Of a stretch of 64,000 nucleotides of DNA, positions 44,825 through 54,480 are shown one piece after another. The notes beneath the pieces were generated by a model. That model did no database searches. It had not been told where the DNA came from and worked only from the letters and a program-made list of their open reading frames with translations. Every line of letters starts with the position of its first letter. The first letter of the stretch is position 1. Origin of the DNA: an uncultured Peptostreptococcaceae bacterium (GTDB lineage Bacteria > Bacillota > Clostridia > Peptostreptococcales > BM714); assembly GCA_964484935.1 (NCBI GenBank), contig CAZAFW010000005.1, positions 291-64,290 of the forward strand, written 5' to 3'. The position numbers and the translations under genes were made by a program.

Positions 44825-45739
44825 CTACTCCACCCCCAGAAGCTGCATTATAAGCGCCATGCGTATGTACATGCCCATTTTTGCCTGTTCGAAATAAACC
44901 GCACGCTCGTCCGCATCCATGTCCGTTGATATCTCGTTTACCCTTGGAAGCGGATGCATTACTATCATGTCTCCCTTTGCCTTCTCCATCTTTTTGGCAT
45001 TTAAAAGAAAGAAATCCTTGAGCCTGAGATACTCGTCCTCACTAAAAAACCTCTCTCTTTGGACTCGCGTCATATAGAGTATGTCGAGTTTCCCAAGGCT
45101 CCCTTCAAGGTTTTGAGTAATCTCAAATTGGTCCTTGTCAAGCCTGTCGGTTATGTGCGGTGGTATCTCAAGTTCGTTTGGAGATATGAAAACAAATTTT
45201 ATATTCTCATATCTTGAAAGCGCCTTTACCAGAGAATGAACTGTTCTTCCGAATTTCAAGTCTCCGCAAAGGCCTATGACAAGATTGTCCAGGCGCTTTT
45301 TGTAGCGCCTTATTGTCATAAGGTCGGTAAGTGTCTGTGTCGGGTGTTGGTGGCCTCCGTCTCCTGCATTTATGAGCGGAATGACCGATTTTTTCGAGGC
45401 AAGAAGTGGCGCCCCCTCCTTTGGGTGGCGCATCACAGCTATGTCGGCATAGCATCCTATTGTTCGAATTGTGTCGCCTATGCTTTCCCCTTTTGAAACC
45501 GATGACGATCCCGGCTCGGAAAATCCTATTGTCTCCCCTCCAAGCCTCAGCATGGCCGCCTCAAAACTGAAACGCGTTCTTGTCGAAGGCTCGTAAAAAA
45601 GCGTAGCCAAAAGCTTCCCCCTGCATGCGTCCATGTATTTTTCGGGATTTTTCATAATCATTTCCCCCAGTTCAAAGAGCCCCTTAAGCTCCTCGACTGT
45701 AAAATCCCCCGGCTGAATCAAGTGTCTGTCCTTAAGCAT
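44825..45739 (-). CDS. pyrB: Aspartate carbamoyltransferase catalytic subunit
   Basis: [13 protein letters not shown] and HPLPR motifs. Start moved to MLKDRHLI (ATG 45737-45739, SD GGAAGGAAGG). Confidence 0.9.
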   Translation of the reverse strand: MLKDRHLIQPGDFTVEELKGLFELGEMIMKNPEKYMDACRGKLLATLFYEPSTRTRFSFEAAMLRLGGETIGFSEPGSSSVSKGESIGDTIRTIGCYADIAVMRHPKEGAPLLASKKSVIPLINAGDGGHQHPTQTLTDLMTIRRYKKRLDNLVIGLCGDLKFGRTVHSLVKALSRYENIKFVFISPNELEIPPHITDRLDKDQFEITQNLEGSLGKLDILYMTRVQRERFFSEDEYLRLKDFFLLNAKKMEKAKGDMIVMHPLPRVNEISTDMDADERAVYFEQAKMGMYIRMALIMQLLGVE

Positions 45740-45786
45740 TGTAACCTTCCTTCCTGGCATCACGGTGCCAAATTAAAGTTGATTTG

Positions 45787-45880
45787 AAAAAAGCCTCTCC
45801 GCAGACGCGGAAAGGCATAGATGTCAAGTAAAAATTTATTCATTATAGCTACCTTTCCGGTCTCTCGGAACCAGATTAAA
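45787..45880 (-). promoter_or_regulatory. PyrR-type transcription attenuator of the pyr operon
   Basis: Minus strand hairpin CUGGU-UCCGAGAG-ACCGG, followed by AAAGG, resembles the PyrR-binding loop UCCAGAGAGGCUGAGAAGG. CGGAAAGG can pair with CCUUUCCG, the 5' arm of the terminator. The terminator is GCCUUUCCGC-GUCU-GCGGAGAGGC-UUUUUU (45787-45816). Confidence 0.65.
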
Positions 45881-45931
45881 GATATTCCCATTTCAAGAAA
45901 TATAACACGGATTCTTTTAAAAGTCAATCAG

Positions 45932-47341
45932 TCAAATGCTGTTTTTCTCCATTGATAAAAAAACATAACCCAGCGTCTTTTTTATCCAAAACACTGCCGC
46001 AACAAATGAAATCGCCTCTGAAATCGGGAAGGCGTACCATATAAAATGGATGTCTCCAAAGCTAGAAAATATCCAAGCCATTGGAAGAAGCAAAATAATT
46101 TGCCTTGAAAAAGATAAAATCAAGCTTGGCATTCCCTTTCCGATGGCCTGAAAAGTTGTAGCTATGACAATTGCAGGACCTATAATGGGAAAGGCTATGC
46201 TTATGGTTCTTATAGCGTCTGAACCGACAGAAAGAAGTTGGGCATCCGGATTGAACATGGAAACAAGCAGTCCGGCCGATGTTTGAAAAAGCAGAAATCC
46301 GGCTGTTGTGAATACTGCCGATGTCATTATACCGTACCTTATGGCCTTTTTCATGCGATCAGGTCTTCCATGTCCGTAATTGTAGCCAACAATAGGCATA
46401 TAACCCTGGTTCAAACCAAAGACGGGCATGAAAACAAATGACTGCAGCCTGAAATATATGCCAAGTGCCGCTACCCCGTTTTCATCGAGGCCTCCCACAA
46501 TCAGATTCATTCCCCCTATCATGAAAGATGCAAGAACCTGCATGACAATAGCGGGAAGGCCGACTCTGTATATCTCGCTTATGGATTTCCAGTCCGGAAC
46601 GAATCCGCGGATCTTTGGAACAATTTCATTACCGCCCCTGAAAAGCATATACAGTATGAAAACACCGCTTAAGATTCTTGACAAAACAGTTGCGTATGCC
46701 GCCCCTTCTATTCCAAAACCCTCTAAAGTTCCTATTCCAAATATGAATATGGGATCCAGAATTATGTTCATGACTGAACCTATTAGCATTGCTATCATAG
46801 GCAGAAAAGTGTTTCCCTCGCCCCTGAGTATGCTGTTCGCTATCATTGGGACAAACATTCCTGCGGATCCAATCAGTATTATTCTTATGTACCTTTGCCC
46901 AAGGTCCACAAACTCCGCTTTTTCCGTAAAAAAGGAAATCATCGCTTCTGAAAATAATATGCCAAGTGCCGCAAACAATATGCTGTAGACAAGAGACAAA
47001 AATATCGCCTGCTCGGCCGTCTTGCAGGCGCGTTCATTTTCACCCGAGCCCAAAAGCCTTGCTATAAGCGAACTTGCTCCTATTCCGGTACCCACTCCTA
47101 TGGATATTAGCACCAACTGAATCGGGAAAGCCAAAGAAAGCGCCGACAATGCGTCTTTGCTCAGATGCCCCACGTAAATACTGTCCACAACATTGTAGAG
47201 CGCCTGTATCACCATAGAAAAAATCCCCGGAAGGGAAAGTCTTATGAGCAGGGGGAATACAGGATCTTCGCCCAATCTGTTCTTTCCTGATTCAACAGCT
47301 CTTTTCCCTTGCGGCTTTTTTCCATTTTTCCACTTGATCAT
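45932..47341 (-). CDS. MATE family efflux transporter
   Basis: 469 aa and 12 TM. The N-terminus VFPLLIRLSLPGIFSMVIQALYNVVDSIYVGHL is typical of MATE/NorM. Confidence 0.85.
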   Translation of the reverse strand: MIKWKNGKKPQGKRAVESGKNRLGEDPVFPLLIRLSLPGIFSMVIQALYNVVDSIYVGHLSKDALSALSLAFPIQLVLISIGVGTGIGASSLIARLLGSGENERACKTAEQAIFLSLVYSILFAALGILFSEAMISFFTEKAEFVDLGQRYIRIILIGSAGMFVPMIANSILRGEGNTFLPMIAMLIGSVMNIILDPIFIFGIGTLEGFGIEGAAYATVLSRILSGVFILYMLFRGGNEIVPKIRGFVPDWKSISEIYRVGLPAIVMQVLASFMIGGMNLIVGGLDENGVAALGIYFRLQSFVFMPVFGLNQGYMPIVGYNYGHGRPDRMKKAIRYGIMTSAVFTTAGFLLFQTSAGLLVSMFNPDAQLLSVGSDAIRTISIAFPIIGPAIVIATTFQAIGKGMPSLILSFSRQIILLLPMAWIFSSFGDIHFIWYAFPISEAISFVAAVFWIKKTLGYVFLSMEKNSI

Positions 47342-47892
47342 TTTTTAAACCTGCTTTCATATATTTGTCTGTACAACCGCTTTCCATTTTCCCTTGTGCT
47401 TTCCATAAGAACTATGCTTTCGACCCTCTGCATCCAATTGCCGCTTTTTATGTTTTCCAAAATATCTCCGCAATCAACCGTTCGCCCAATTGTGACATGG
47501 GGATTGAAATCTTTTCCATCCGTTTTGAATCCTGCCTCCTCAAGGCGCACTGCAAGCTTTTTATCAAGCTCAATCAGCTTTGTCCGCCCCAGAGACACTC
47601 CCAGCCACACTATAGCCCTTTGGGGCTTTCCGAAAAGCCCCAAACCTTCTATTTTTATTTCGAAGGATTCTGTATCAGCCGCCGCATCGTCCATGGCTCT
47701 ATGAATTTTCGACAAGCTTTCTTTATTTGTCTCTCCTATGAATTCAAGAGTTATGTGATAATTCGCGGGATCCGCATATCTTCCCCCGCCACTCTTTTTT
47801 TCAACCTCAGAAGAAACTCCCGCGATTTCTCTTTTTATGGCCCCGTCCAATTTAACCGCCGCAAAAACTCTCACTCTCAATCGTCCTCCCAC
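47338..47892 (-). CDS. thpR: RNA 2',3'-cyclic phosphodiesterase (2H family, ThpR/LigT)
   Basis: Two HxT/S motifs: YHITLEFIG and PHVTIGRT. Confidence 0.8.
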   Translation of the reverse strand: MGGRLRVRVFAAVKLDGAIKREIAGVSSEVEKKSGGGRYADPANYHITLEFIGETNKESLSKIHRAMDDAAADTESFEIKIEGLGLFGKPQRAIVWLGVSLGRTKLIELDKKLAVRLEEAGFKTDGKDFNPHVTIGRTVDCGDILENIKSGNWMQRVESIVLMESTRENGKRLYRQIYESRFKK

Positions 47893-48119
47893 TCGGAAAG
47901 GACCTGCTCAAATGCTGCAATTTGTGCGGATATGGCAATATCCATCGACTCGCCTCTGCCCGCCCAGTCATTTCCTTGTCTTATATATAGATCCTGAAGC
48001 TGTTTTCTCAAATCTTCCTTGCTGTAGCTTTCGTCGGATTCCTTCAGGTTTTTAAAATTGTAATATACATTATTGAAAATATTTTCAAACTTTTCCTCTT
48101 TCCACTCTTGTAAAAACAT
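47877..48119 (-). CDS. Hypothetical acidic protein (80 aa)
   Basis: ORF overlapping the thpR start by 16 nt. No recognisable motif. Confidence 0.45.
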   Translation of the reverse strand: MFLQEWKEEKFENIFNNVYYNFKNLKESDESYSKEDLRKQLQDLYIRQGNDWAGRGESMDIAISAQIAAFEQVLSEWEDD

Positions 48120-48166
48120 TTTCTCACGCCTTTCTAAGGGATTGTCAAAATACTTTCGCTTAATCG

Positions 48167-48943
48167 TTACAATATCGATGCCAAAAATTCCTTTGCATAT
48201 TCGCTTTCCGGGTTTTCGATTATTTTATCACTTGACCCTGCTTCCACAATTCTTCCATCGCAGACAATCGCCAGTCGGTCGCAAATTTTTTTAGCAACAT
48301 TTAAATCCCTGCTTAAAAAAAGATAACTCGTCCCTTGCTCCTTTCGAATCCTTTTAAGCGTATGGACAAGCTGCCCCCTTGAAGATGCGTTCACCTTGCC
48401 CGAAGGCTCGTCAAGCACAATCAAATCCGGGCGCCACAAGGCCGCCAATGCAATGCCTGTCCTCTTGACATCGAGCATGTCAAGCTCGCCTATGCGGCAA
48501 TCCGCCGCCGCAAGGTCAAGCCCCGCCAAATTCATGGCCTCAAAGGCTTCCATCGGCTTTGGTATGTTTTGTATTTTATTGCAATTTGCAATGGATTCCG
48601 CAATTATTTCGCCTATCGTAAGCCTTTTGTCGACATGGTCCTCAATTTCTTGGAAAACAATCTGAACCCTTCCATGGAATTTTTTTCTTTTTTTACCCCT
48701 AAACATCGCAATGTCTTCGCCACGAAATTTTATTTGCCCGGAATCCGGAAGAGAAAGTCCCGCGACAATTTCTCCAACAGCAGTTTTGCCGCTGCCCCTC
48801 CCCCCTATAAGGCCCAGCGCTTCATTATCTAAAATTTCAAAGCTCACATCATCCACAGCCTTGAGGGATTTTACGGGGTTTGAAACTCCGCCCCCGGCAA
48901 TATACTCCTTTTTCAAACTGATTGCAGCTATAAGCTTTTCCAT
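48167..48943 (-). CDS. OppF-like ABC nucleotide-binding protein with degenerate signature and H-loop
   Basis: Walker A GGRGSGKT, Q-loop VFQE and Walker B LIVLDEP are present. Where LSGGQRQR is expected the sequence reads LDMLDVKR, and the H-loop reads LSRD instead of xxHD. The start ATG overlaps the upstream stop (TGATG). Confidence 0.75.
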   Translation of the reverse strand: MEKLIAAISLKKEYIAGGGVSNPVKSLKAVDDVSFEILDNEALGLIGGRGSGKTAVGEIVAGLSLPDSGQIKFRGEDIAMFRGKKRKKFHGRVQIVFQEIEDHVDKRLTIGEIIAESIANCNKIQNIPKPMEAFEAMNLAGLDLAAADCRIGELDMLDVKRTGIALAALWRPDLIVLDEPSGKVNASSRGQLVHTLKRIRKEQGTSYLFLSRDLNVAKKICDRLAIVCDGRIVEAGSSDKIIENPESEYAKEFLASIL

Positions 48944-49911
48944 CACTCCGCCCCTCCCACCGGATTGAAGCATCTAACCTTGTGAATACCCTCGCCGGCA
49001 AGTTCGGGCATTTCTTCCACGCAATAGAATTTGCCTCGGCCGCAGCGTTCGGCAAACGGACATCTTCTCAGCGTTTCATCGAGCCTGTTTTCCGATTCAT
49101 TAATCGAATACACTTCTTCGCTTTTTCCCGCAAAGGATTCAAGGCTTTTTACGAGTCCTACAGAATAAGGATGTCCCGCCTTGTCTATAAGCTGGTTCAC
49201 CGTGCCTTCCTCCACAACCAAACCCCCATACATTATGATGACCCTGTCGCACAGAAGTCTTGCCGCATCAAAGTCGCTTGTCTCGATAATTATTGATATC
49301 CTGTAGTCTATGCTGATTTTCTTAAGCAACACCAGAATCTCTTTCTTCTTCAAACCGTCGAAGGCCGATTCCGGATCTTCAACAATCAGTATTTTAGGCT
49401 TTGAAATGACCGCCATTGCAAGGAGAATTCTATACGCAAGCTCTTCTCCAAGCCTGAACGCATAGGTCTTCCTTATGCCTTTCAAGTTCTCGATCCCCAA
49501 ATTTTCCAACACTTCGTCGATTGATTCCCTGCTACATTCGGAGCCGTAGTGTTTTTCCAAAATACCCAATTGCCTGCCTATTGTCATATGCGGATTAAGT
49601 GCCTTAAGCGCATGACTTGAAACATGGGCAATTTCACGGCCGCGTATTTTCTTCAAGTCTCTTTCGTCCATTGTGAGGATATCCTTTTCGAGATAGAGAA
49701 CTTCCCCGGAAAGAAAATTTTGCTTACTGTCCAAAAGACCCAGCAGGACCTTGGGCAAAATTTCCTTTCCGCTGCCGCTTTCTCCGACTATGCCCAATAT
49801 TCCTCCCCGTTCGAGCTCAAAATCCATATTTCTCACAAGCTTAATCGTTTTTCCATTGGTTTTCCTTGAAACCGACAAATTACAAACCTCAAGTATCGTT
49901 TTATGTCTCAT
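48943..49911 (-). CDS. OppD-like ABC nucleotide-binding protein with all catalytic motifs degenerate
   Basis: Collinear with OppD, including the C-terminal oligopeptide-transporter extension (HPYSVGLV...CPFAERC). Walker A is GESGSGKE. The Q-loop reads VSSHA, the signature RLGEELAYR, Walker B ILIVEDP, and the H-loop ETSD. Confidence 0.75.
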   Translation of the reverse strand: MRHKTILEVCNLSVSRKTNGKTIKLVRNMDFELERGGILGIVGESGSGKEILPKVLLGLLDSKQNFLSGEVLYLEKDILTMDERDLKKIRGREIAHVSSHALKALNPHMTIGRQLGILEKHYGSECSRESIDEVLENLGIENLKGIRKTYAFRLGEELAYRILLAMAVISKPKILIVEDPESAFDGLKKKEILVLLKKISIDYRISIIIETSDFDAARLLCDRVIIMYGGLVVEEGTVNQLIDKAGHPYSVGLVKSLESFAGKSEEVYSINESENRLDETLRRCPFAERCGRGKFYCVEEMPELAGEGIHKVRCFNPVGGAE

Positions 49912-52010
49912 GGAGCCCTCCTAACGTCGAGCTTGAAGATTGTTTCGACAATCGCATCACCGAAATCGTCAATATTCATCGAACTTTCCGGGAAAGGAAC
50001 AAAACCCATCGCCAGAGTCTCTATTCCATGTTCTTGGGCAAGCATTGAATTGCCGGAATTGTTGCTTCCTGTGTATGCAAACGGATAACCGTTTCGTGAT
50101 AAAACGGATCCGGCCGTTTCCGCCGCGTAAGCCGCATAGCCCAGACCGCCTGCTCGCGTTTCAACACCATAGACAACATGTCCCGAAACATCCTCGTACA
50201 CATTTGTCAAATCGATATAGATGCATATGTCTTCTTTTTCAATCGGCAGGTTCTTCGAGAAGAAAGCCTTCCCCTCTCCGCCGGAGCCTCCGGCGATGTC
50301 GAAAAATACAAGCGCCACATTCGCCGCCAGTTTATCCTGCCTTACTGCCAATTGTTTTGCGAGTTCCAGTCCGAAATCTATCTTTCCACTTTTTACAGGC
50401 TCGTACTGCCATCCGTAAGACAAGCCTATAAGTATTGTCTTGTCTTTTTTCTTTTCAGCGTCTTTCAGTTTCGCTAATACATTGATTCCTTCATTCCCGT
50501 TGCTTTTGGCTATCTGCCTGTAAATGAGTTCTCCATTCCCGTCAACCAGGAATGCAGACATTTTTTCACTAATGGTAAGTACCGGCCATTTCGAAATAAT
50601 TCGGCCCTGTGAAGCAAAACGGCTTTCAATCCCATTACCAGAAACAAGCACTCCTTTTGCCTCTGATTCCTCGAAAATCTTTTCAGAAAACTCCATGATG
50701 TCTTCTTGGCTGTATTCCCTCTTTCCAAGCATTATCCACTTGCCTGAAAATTCGCCGTATTTGTCTTCCATTGAGTAGTAGTCCATTCTTCTTCCATCGT
50801 AGATACTTGCCGATACATCGAACATTCCGAATGAATCGGCAAAATAGTCCTTTCCGGCTTCATATACAGTCTCCCCGATGCCTGAGTCGAAAACAAGCTC
50901 GTCGTAAATCGGTTCTATTACCGCATCTCTTTCATAATTTTGCATAAAAGAATCGGAAATCGGCAAGAATCCGATTTTTTCAAGCTCCAAAGCGATTAGT
51001 TCGGCGCCTTCTCCGGCTTCGCTGCTTCCGGGAATCATCTCTCCCGTTCTTTCGAAAACAAGGTTCCTGCGGATTTCTGCAATGCTGAAATCCGCAACAA
51101 CGATGCTATTATTGATGAACAATATTACCATTACTCCCGCCGCAAATAAAAGTATGGCTGCCGCAAACGAATTGCGTCCCGCCCTTTTATCCATGGCCAA
51201 TCGCATACGCCTTTTTTCAAGGCCATCCGAAAGCAGATTTGATGCGAAGATTCCAATGAAGAATGCCAAAGCCGGGTAAAGCGCAAGATAGGGCTTACTA
51301 TGCCAGTAAGGCATGAATCGGGCAATGACGCCATAGTTCTTGGTCTCGATTAGAGAAACCGGACCATAGAAAGTCCCAAGCCCTTCAAAAAGTCCATAAA
51401 ATATTAACAGCTCGGCCATAATCGTCAAGACTTTTGCGCTCTGGTCAAAAAACATTGATGGGAGGCGCTCCTTCAAAATTCGGGAAATGTTGCCAAAAGC
51501 TATGGAAACACGGCCTCTGCCTGCCGCCTCCCCGCCTTTTGAAAGCCTTCCGCCGCTGAGTTTTTTCATTTCCCTGGAAATATCCCCTGCAGGTCCGCTA
51601 ATGCCGGCAATACTTAGCACCACAACAAAAATGGCTGGAAATTGTCCTCTTAGGTATTCATTCGCAGAGGCTCCTACCAAAATTGCCAGGATGGCTATAT
51701 TTGCAGGAACAATCCTGAAGACTGATTCAAACAGACTGATCAAACCGCCGAATGTCACGCTTCCCAATCCGGACAAAATTCCTATTGGGACTGCCGCAAT
51801 AAGCCGAATTGCCGAAACCAGTATAGCCCCCGCAGCAACAACTCGAACTCCATTTATTATAAAACTTAAATATTCGCTTTCCGTCAACTCTAAAATGCTT
51901 TTAGTCGAATGCATTTTTTCAAAAGCTGCAATCTCGGGAAAAAACGCAAACATGAATATTGCCAACAGAAGCGTCCCGCCCAAAAGAATGTGCCTGTTTT
52001 CACTTTTCAT
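49908..52010 (-). CDS. OppC-like ABC permease fused to a C-terminal ~400-aa extracytoplasmic PA/M28 peptidase-like domain (no metal ligands)
   Basis: The N-terminal ~290 aa are polytopic with an EAA-like loop (GEAAGRGRVSIAFGNISRILKERLP). An extra TM (FAAAILLFAAGVMVILFI) follows. The ectodomain then parallels M28 blocks of the neighbouring protein (ANVALVFFDIAGGSGGEGKAFF) but lacks His/Asp/Glu ligands. Confidence 0.7.
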   Translation of the reverse strand: MKSENRHILLGGTLLLAIFMFAFFPEIAAFEKMHSTKSILELTESEYLSFIINGVRVVAAGAILVSAIRLIAAVPIGILSGLGSVTFGGLISLFESVFRIVPANIAILAILVGASANEYLRGQFPAIFVVVLSIAGISGPAGDISREMKKLSGGRLSKGGEAAGRGRVSIAFGNISRILKERLPSMFFDQSAKVLTIMAELLIFYGLFEGLGTFYGPVSLIETKNYGVIARFMPYWHSKPYLALYPALAFFIGIFASNLLSDGLEKRRMRLAMDKRAGRNSFAAAILLFAAGVMVILFINNSIVVADFSIAEIRRNLVFERTGEMIPGSSEAGEGAELIALELEKIGFLPISDSFMQNYERDAVIEPIYDELVFDSGIGETVYEAGKDYFADSFGMFDVSASIYDGRRMDYYSMEDKYGEFSGKWIMLGKREYSQEDIMEFSEKIFEESEAKGVLVSGNGIESRFASQGRIISKWPVLTISEKMSAFLVDGNGELIYRQIAKSNGNEGINVLAKLKDAEKKKDKTILIGLSYGWQYEPVKSGKIDFGLELAKQLAVRQDKLAANVALVFFDIAGGSGGEGKAFFSKNLPIEKEDICIYIDLTNVYEDVSGHVVYGVETRAGGLGYAAYAAETAGSVLSRNGYPFAYTGSNNSGNSMLAQEHGIETLAMGFVPFPESSMNIDDFGDAIVETIFKLDVRRAP

Positions 52011-52011
52011 T

Positions 52012-54378
52012 TCAACACCCTCCCTTCGGGGTCAAAAGAAAATGAAGCGCTGTCGAAAAAAGCGCAGAAAAAGCACAGAATGCTCCAGTTAAAAGCATTG
52101 CTCCGAATACCGTTTCCGGACTTTCAATTTCCACAAGAAACCGGTTCATAAGGCCCGGCAATCCGAAAATGTATTCAACGGCTATCAGGTTTGACAGAGT
52201 CATAACCACCATTTGTGGGATGAATTTGGCGGCTTCCGACAAAATACCCTTCAGCATATGTCTTGAGGCTATTTCGAAGGTACCGAATCCCCTTGCCCTT
52301 GCCGCAAGTACATAGTCCTTTCCAACTTCCTCTTTTACGAATCTTTCCACCACCAATGACAAGCAAGCGAATGGAATAACGGCCATTGAAAAAACAGGCA
52401 AGGCAAGCGTTTTAAATGAATAGTCAAAACCTCCACCCGAATATGCGACTGTTCCAAACAACAGAATCGAAACATATAAAAACGCCAATGCCCAGAAAGG
52501 CTGCGGTATCGACAATAAAGAGAGTGAAAACATTCCACGTCCTTCAGATCCCTTTGCTGCGGCGGCTCCCCTCCATGTCCCGGCCGTGATTCCCGCTATA
52601 AATGCGAGTGCCATTGACGATGCGGCAAGCCCCGTGCTCAAAGCCAATCCTCCACCAATAAGATCCGCAATCTTGTCGGGTTCGAAGTTTCTCATAAATG
52701 AATACATTCCTTCAAATGCCAAATTAAGTGAAGCAAGGTCCAAAAAACGAATATTCGACGCTAAAACAATGACAGCAATTGCCGCCGAAACCGAAATAAG
52801 CAAACCTGTAAACCGGCCCAGAAGCATTCGGGGCAATGAATGATATATTTTGCGGATTGTGCTTCCACCTATTGATGCGCCCGGATGTCTGACATGCAAC
52901 ACGCCGGCGGCATAAGAAAGATATAAAAGCGCAAAAAGCACAGCGGAGAAAATCGCCGTTTCAGTATCTATGTGTCCCAAGTATGGCGTTTTATAGCAGT
53001 GGCCTATTGCAAAATCGGCGCACCCTTCCATATTCTCTTCAAAATTGGCGCCATCCCATTGTCCCCCATTGTCCTTGGGAGTTCCCCCAATGGTTTCAAA
53101 TCCTGTTCCGCTTACGCTTCCGATTGTAACTGCTGGTATTTCCATTTCGTATAGACTCTTTTGGCTCGCGCCCATTTCAGACCCTGCGGTCAGCGCTTTC
53201 AAGCCTGCATTTTCATAGTTTTGAAAAATGATATCAGCAAGCCTCTCCGAAGAAGAATCTCCGTTTACATATGATATCCATGTCTTTTCCGAATTCTTCC
53301 ACCCCAGTTTGTCCAAAAGCACAACTTCCGTTTTATCAAAGGGGAACAGTGGGTTTTCAAAGTACTCGACGATTCCCGAAGTTCCTGATTTTTCGCCGTC
53401 AAAAAACAGAAATACTATATTTGTTTCGGGAACAGAATCCATTGCTCCGAGTTTCCCCGAAAGCTCCAAAAGGCCGGATATTCCTCCTGCATTGTCTATG
53501 GCGCAAGGCACATGGCCGTTTTCCCCGTATGAACCGTATCCATCGTATCCTGCCGCAAAAATAAGGCATTCGTCGCTTTGCTCTGCGGGTATGTATCCAA
53601 TTATGTTCTCGCCTCTAAGGTACGGGAATCCAATTTCCACATGGATTTCGACCCCGTCGGCTATTCCGTCAAATCCGTTTTCCGCTCGCTTTTGCAGCTT
53701 GTCATAAACACCGCCGCTTATGCGGGCCATAAAAACTGTCTGGGAATGTTTTCCGGAAGCATCAACACTCTTTCTTTCTATCTCAAATCCATGGGTTTGA
53801 TTTTCATCATAAAAGAGAATGCCTTCCCCTCCGCTCCTCAATACATGGTTTTGGGCTTCTTCGGAAATCTCGCCCGACTTGACCGCCGCCAGGCGTCCTA
53901 CAAGCATGTACCCTGGTATGTTTTCAACAGGGCCTTCCGCCAGAAGAACATCCCCAAAATAGTCGATGCCTCCCCCCAAGCCTTTGGCCGCAGGGTTGTA
54001 GTCTTTGAAAATATCGAATGTCTCGGAAACCCCGTCACCAATATCCAAGATATTGAATTCAGCCGACTTGTAAAGCGCTGAAGTGGCGTCGAACCCGATT
54101 CCGTAGCCTTCTTCATAGGGGCTTTCTATTCCCTGTTCCCTCAAGATGCTTTTTATGTATTCAGAGGCCTTTTCCCCTCCCGGAGTCCCGAATTGCCTGC
54201 CTTCGTACTCGTACCCGGCCAACTCTCTTATTCTCTCCGACGCCGCTATCCTATCCGGGACGTTTCCAACAATTTCGGTGACTTCCCCTTTGCAGCTAAA
54301 AAAGACTGCCGCAAAAATAGCGAATGGCAACAGCAAGATAAATATTGTCCAAAAAATGTTTTTTTTCAAAATTCGCAC
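52012..54378 (-). CDS. OppB-like ABC permease with a ~440-aa PA/M28 peptidase-like domain inserted after TM1
   Basis: TM1 is IFWTIFILLLPFAIFAAVFF. M28-like blocks follow: IFAAGYDGYG (consensus HxDS), CAIDNAGGISGLLEL, and VFLFFDGEKSGTSG (consensus EE). The C-terminal permease core contains KDYVLAARARGFGTFEIASRHMLKG (EAA loop). Start is GTG 54378 or TTG 54369. Confidence 0.7.
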   Translation of the reverse strand: MRILKKNIFWTIFILLLPFAIFAAVFFSCKGEVTEIVGNVPDRIAASERIRELAGYEYEGRQFGTPGGEKASEYIKSILREQGIESPYEEGYGIGFDATSALYKSAEFNILDIGDGVSETFDIFKDYNPAAKGLGGGIDYFGDVLLAEGPVENIPGYMLVGRLAAVKSGEISEEAQNHVLRSGGEGILFYDENQTHGFEIERKSVDASGKHSQTVFMARISGGVYDKLQKRAENGFDGIADGVEIHVEIGFPYLRGENIIGYIPAEQSDECLIFAAGYDGYGSYGENGHVPCAIDNAGGISGLLELSGKLGAMDSVPETNIVFLFFDGEKSGTSGIVEYFENPLFPFDKTEVVLLDKLGWKNSEKTWISYVNGDSSSERLADIIFQNYENAGLKALTAGSEMGASQKSLYEMEIPAVTIGSVSGTGFETIGGTPKDNGGQWDGANFEENMEGCADFAIGHCYKTPYLGHIDTETAIFSAVLFALLYLSYAAGVLHVRHPGASIGGSTIRKIYHSLPRMLLGRFTGLLISVSAAIAVIVLASNIRFLDLASLNLAFEGMYSFMRNFEPDKIADLIGGGLALSTGLAASSMALAFIAGITAGTWRGAAAAKGSEGRGMFSLSLLSIPQPFWALAFLYVSILLFGTVAYSGGGFDYSFKTLALPVFSMAVIPFACLSLVVERFVKEEVGKDYVLAARARGFGTFEIASRHMLKGILSEAAKFIPQMVVMTLSNLIAVEYIFGLPGLMNRFLVEIESPETVFGAMLLTGAFCAFSALFSTALHFLLTPKGGC

Positions 54379-54404
54379 CGCCCATGTAAAAAATATATTT
54401 CAAT

Positions 54405-54445
54405 CTCAAAAAAACACCCTTCCCTTTTAGAGGTGTTTTTTTGAG
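54405..54445 (-). terminator. Bidirectional rho-independent terminator
   Basis: Perfect 14-bp stem: CTCAAAAAAACACC (54405-54418) pairs with GGTGTTTTTTTGAG (54432-54445). It lies between the FAD oxidoreductase stop and the ABC cluster start. Confidence 0.8.
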
Positions 54446-54480
54446 ATTCATCGGGCTGCCTAATTACGGCCAGCCAGTTT

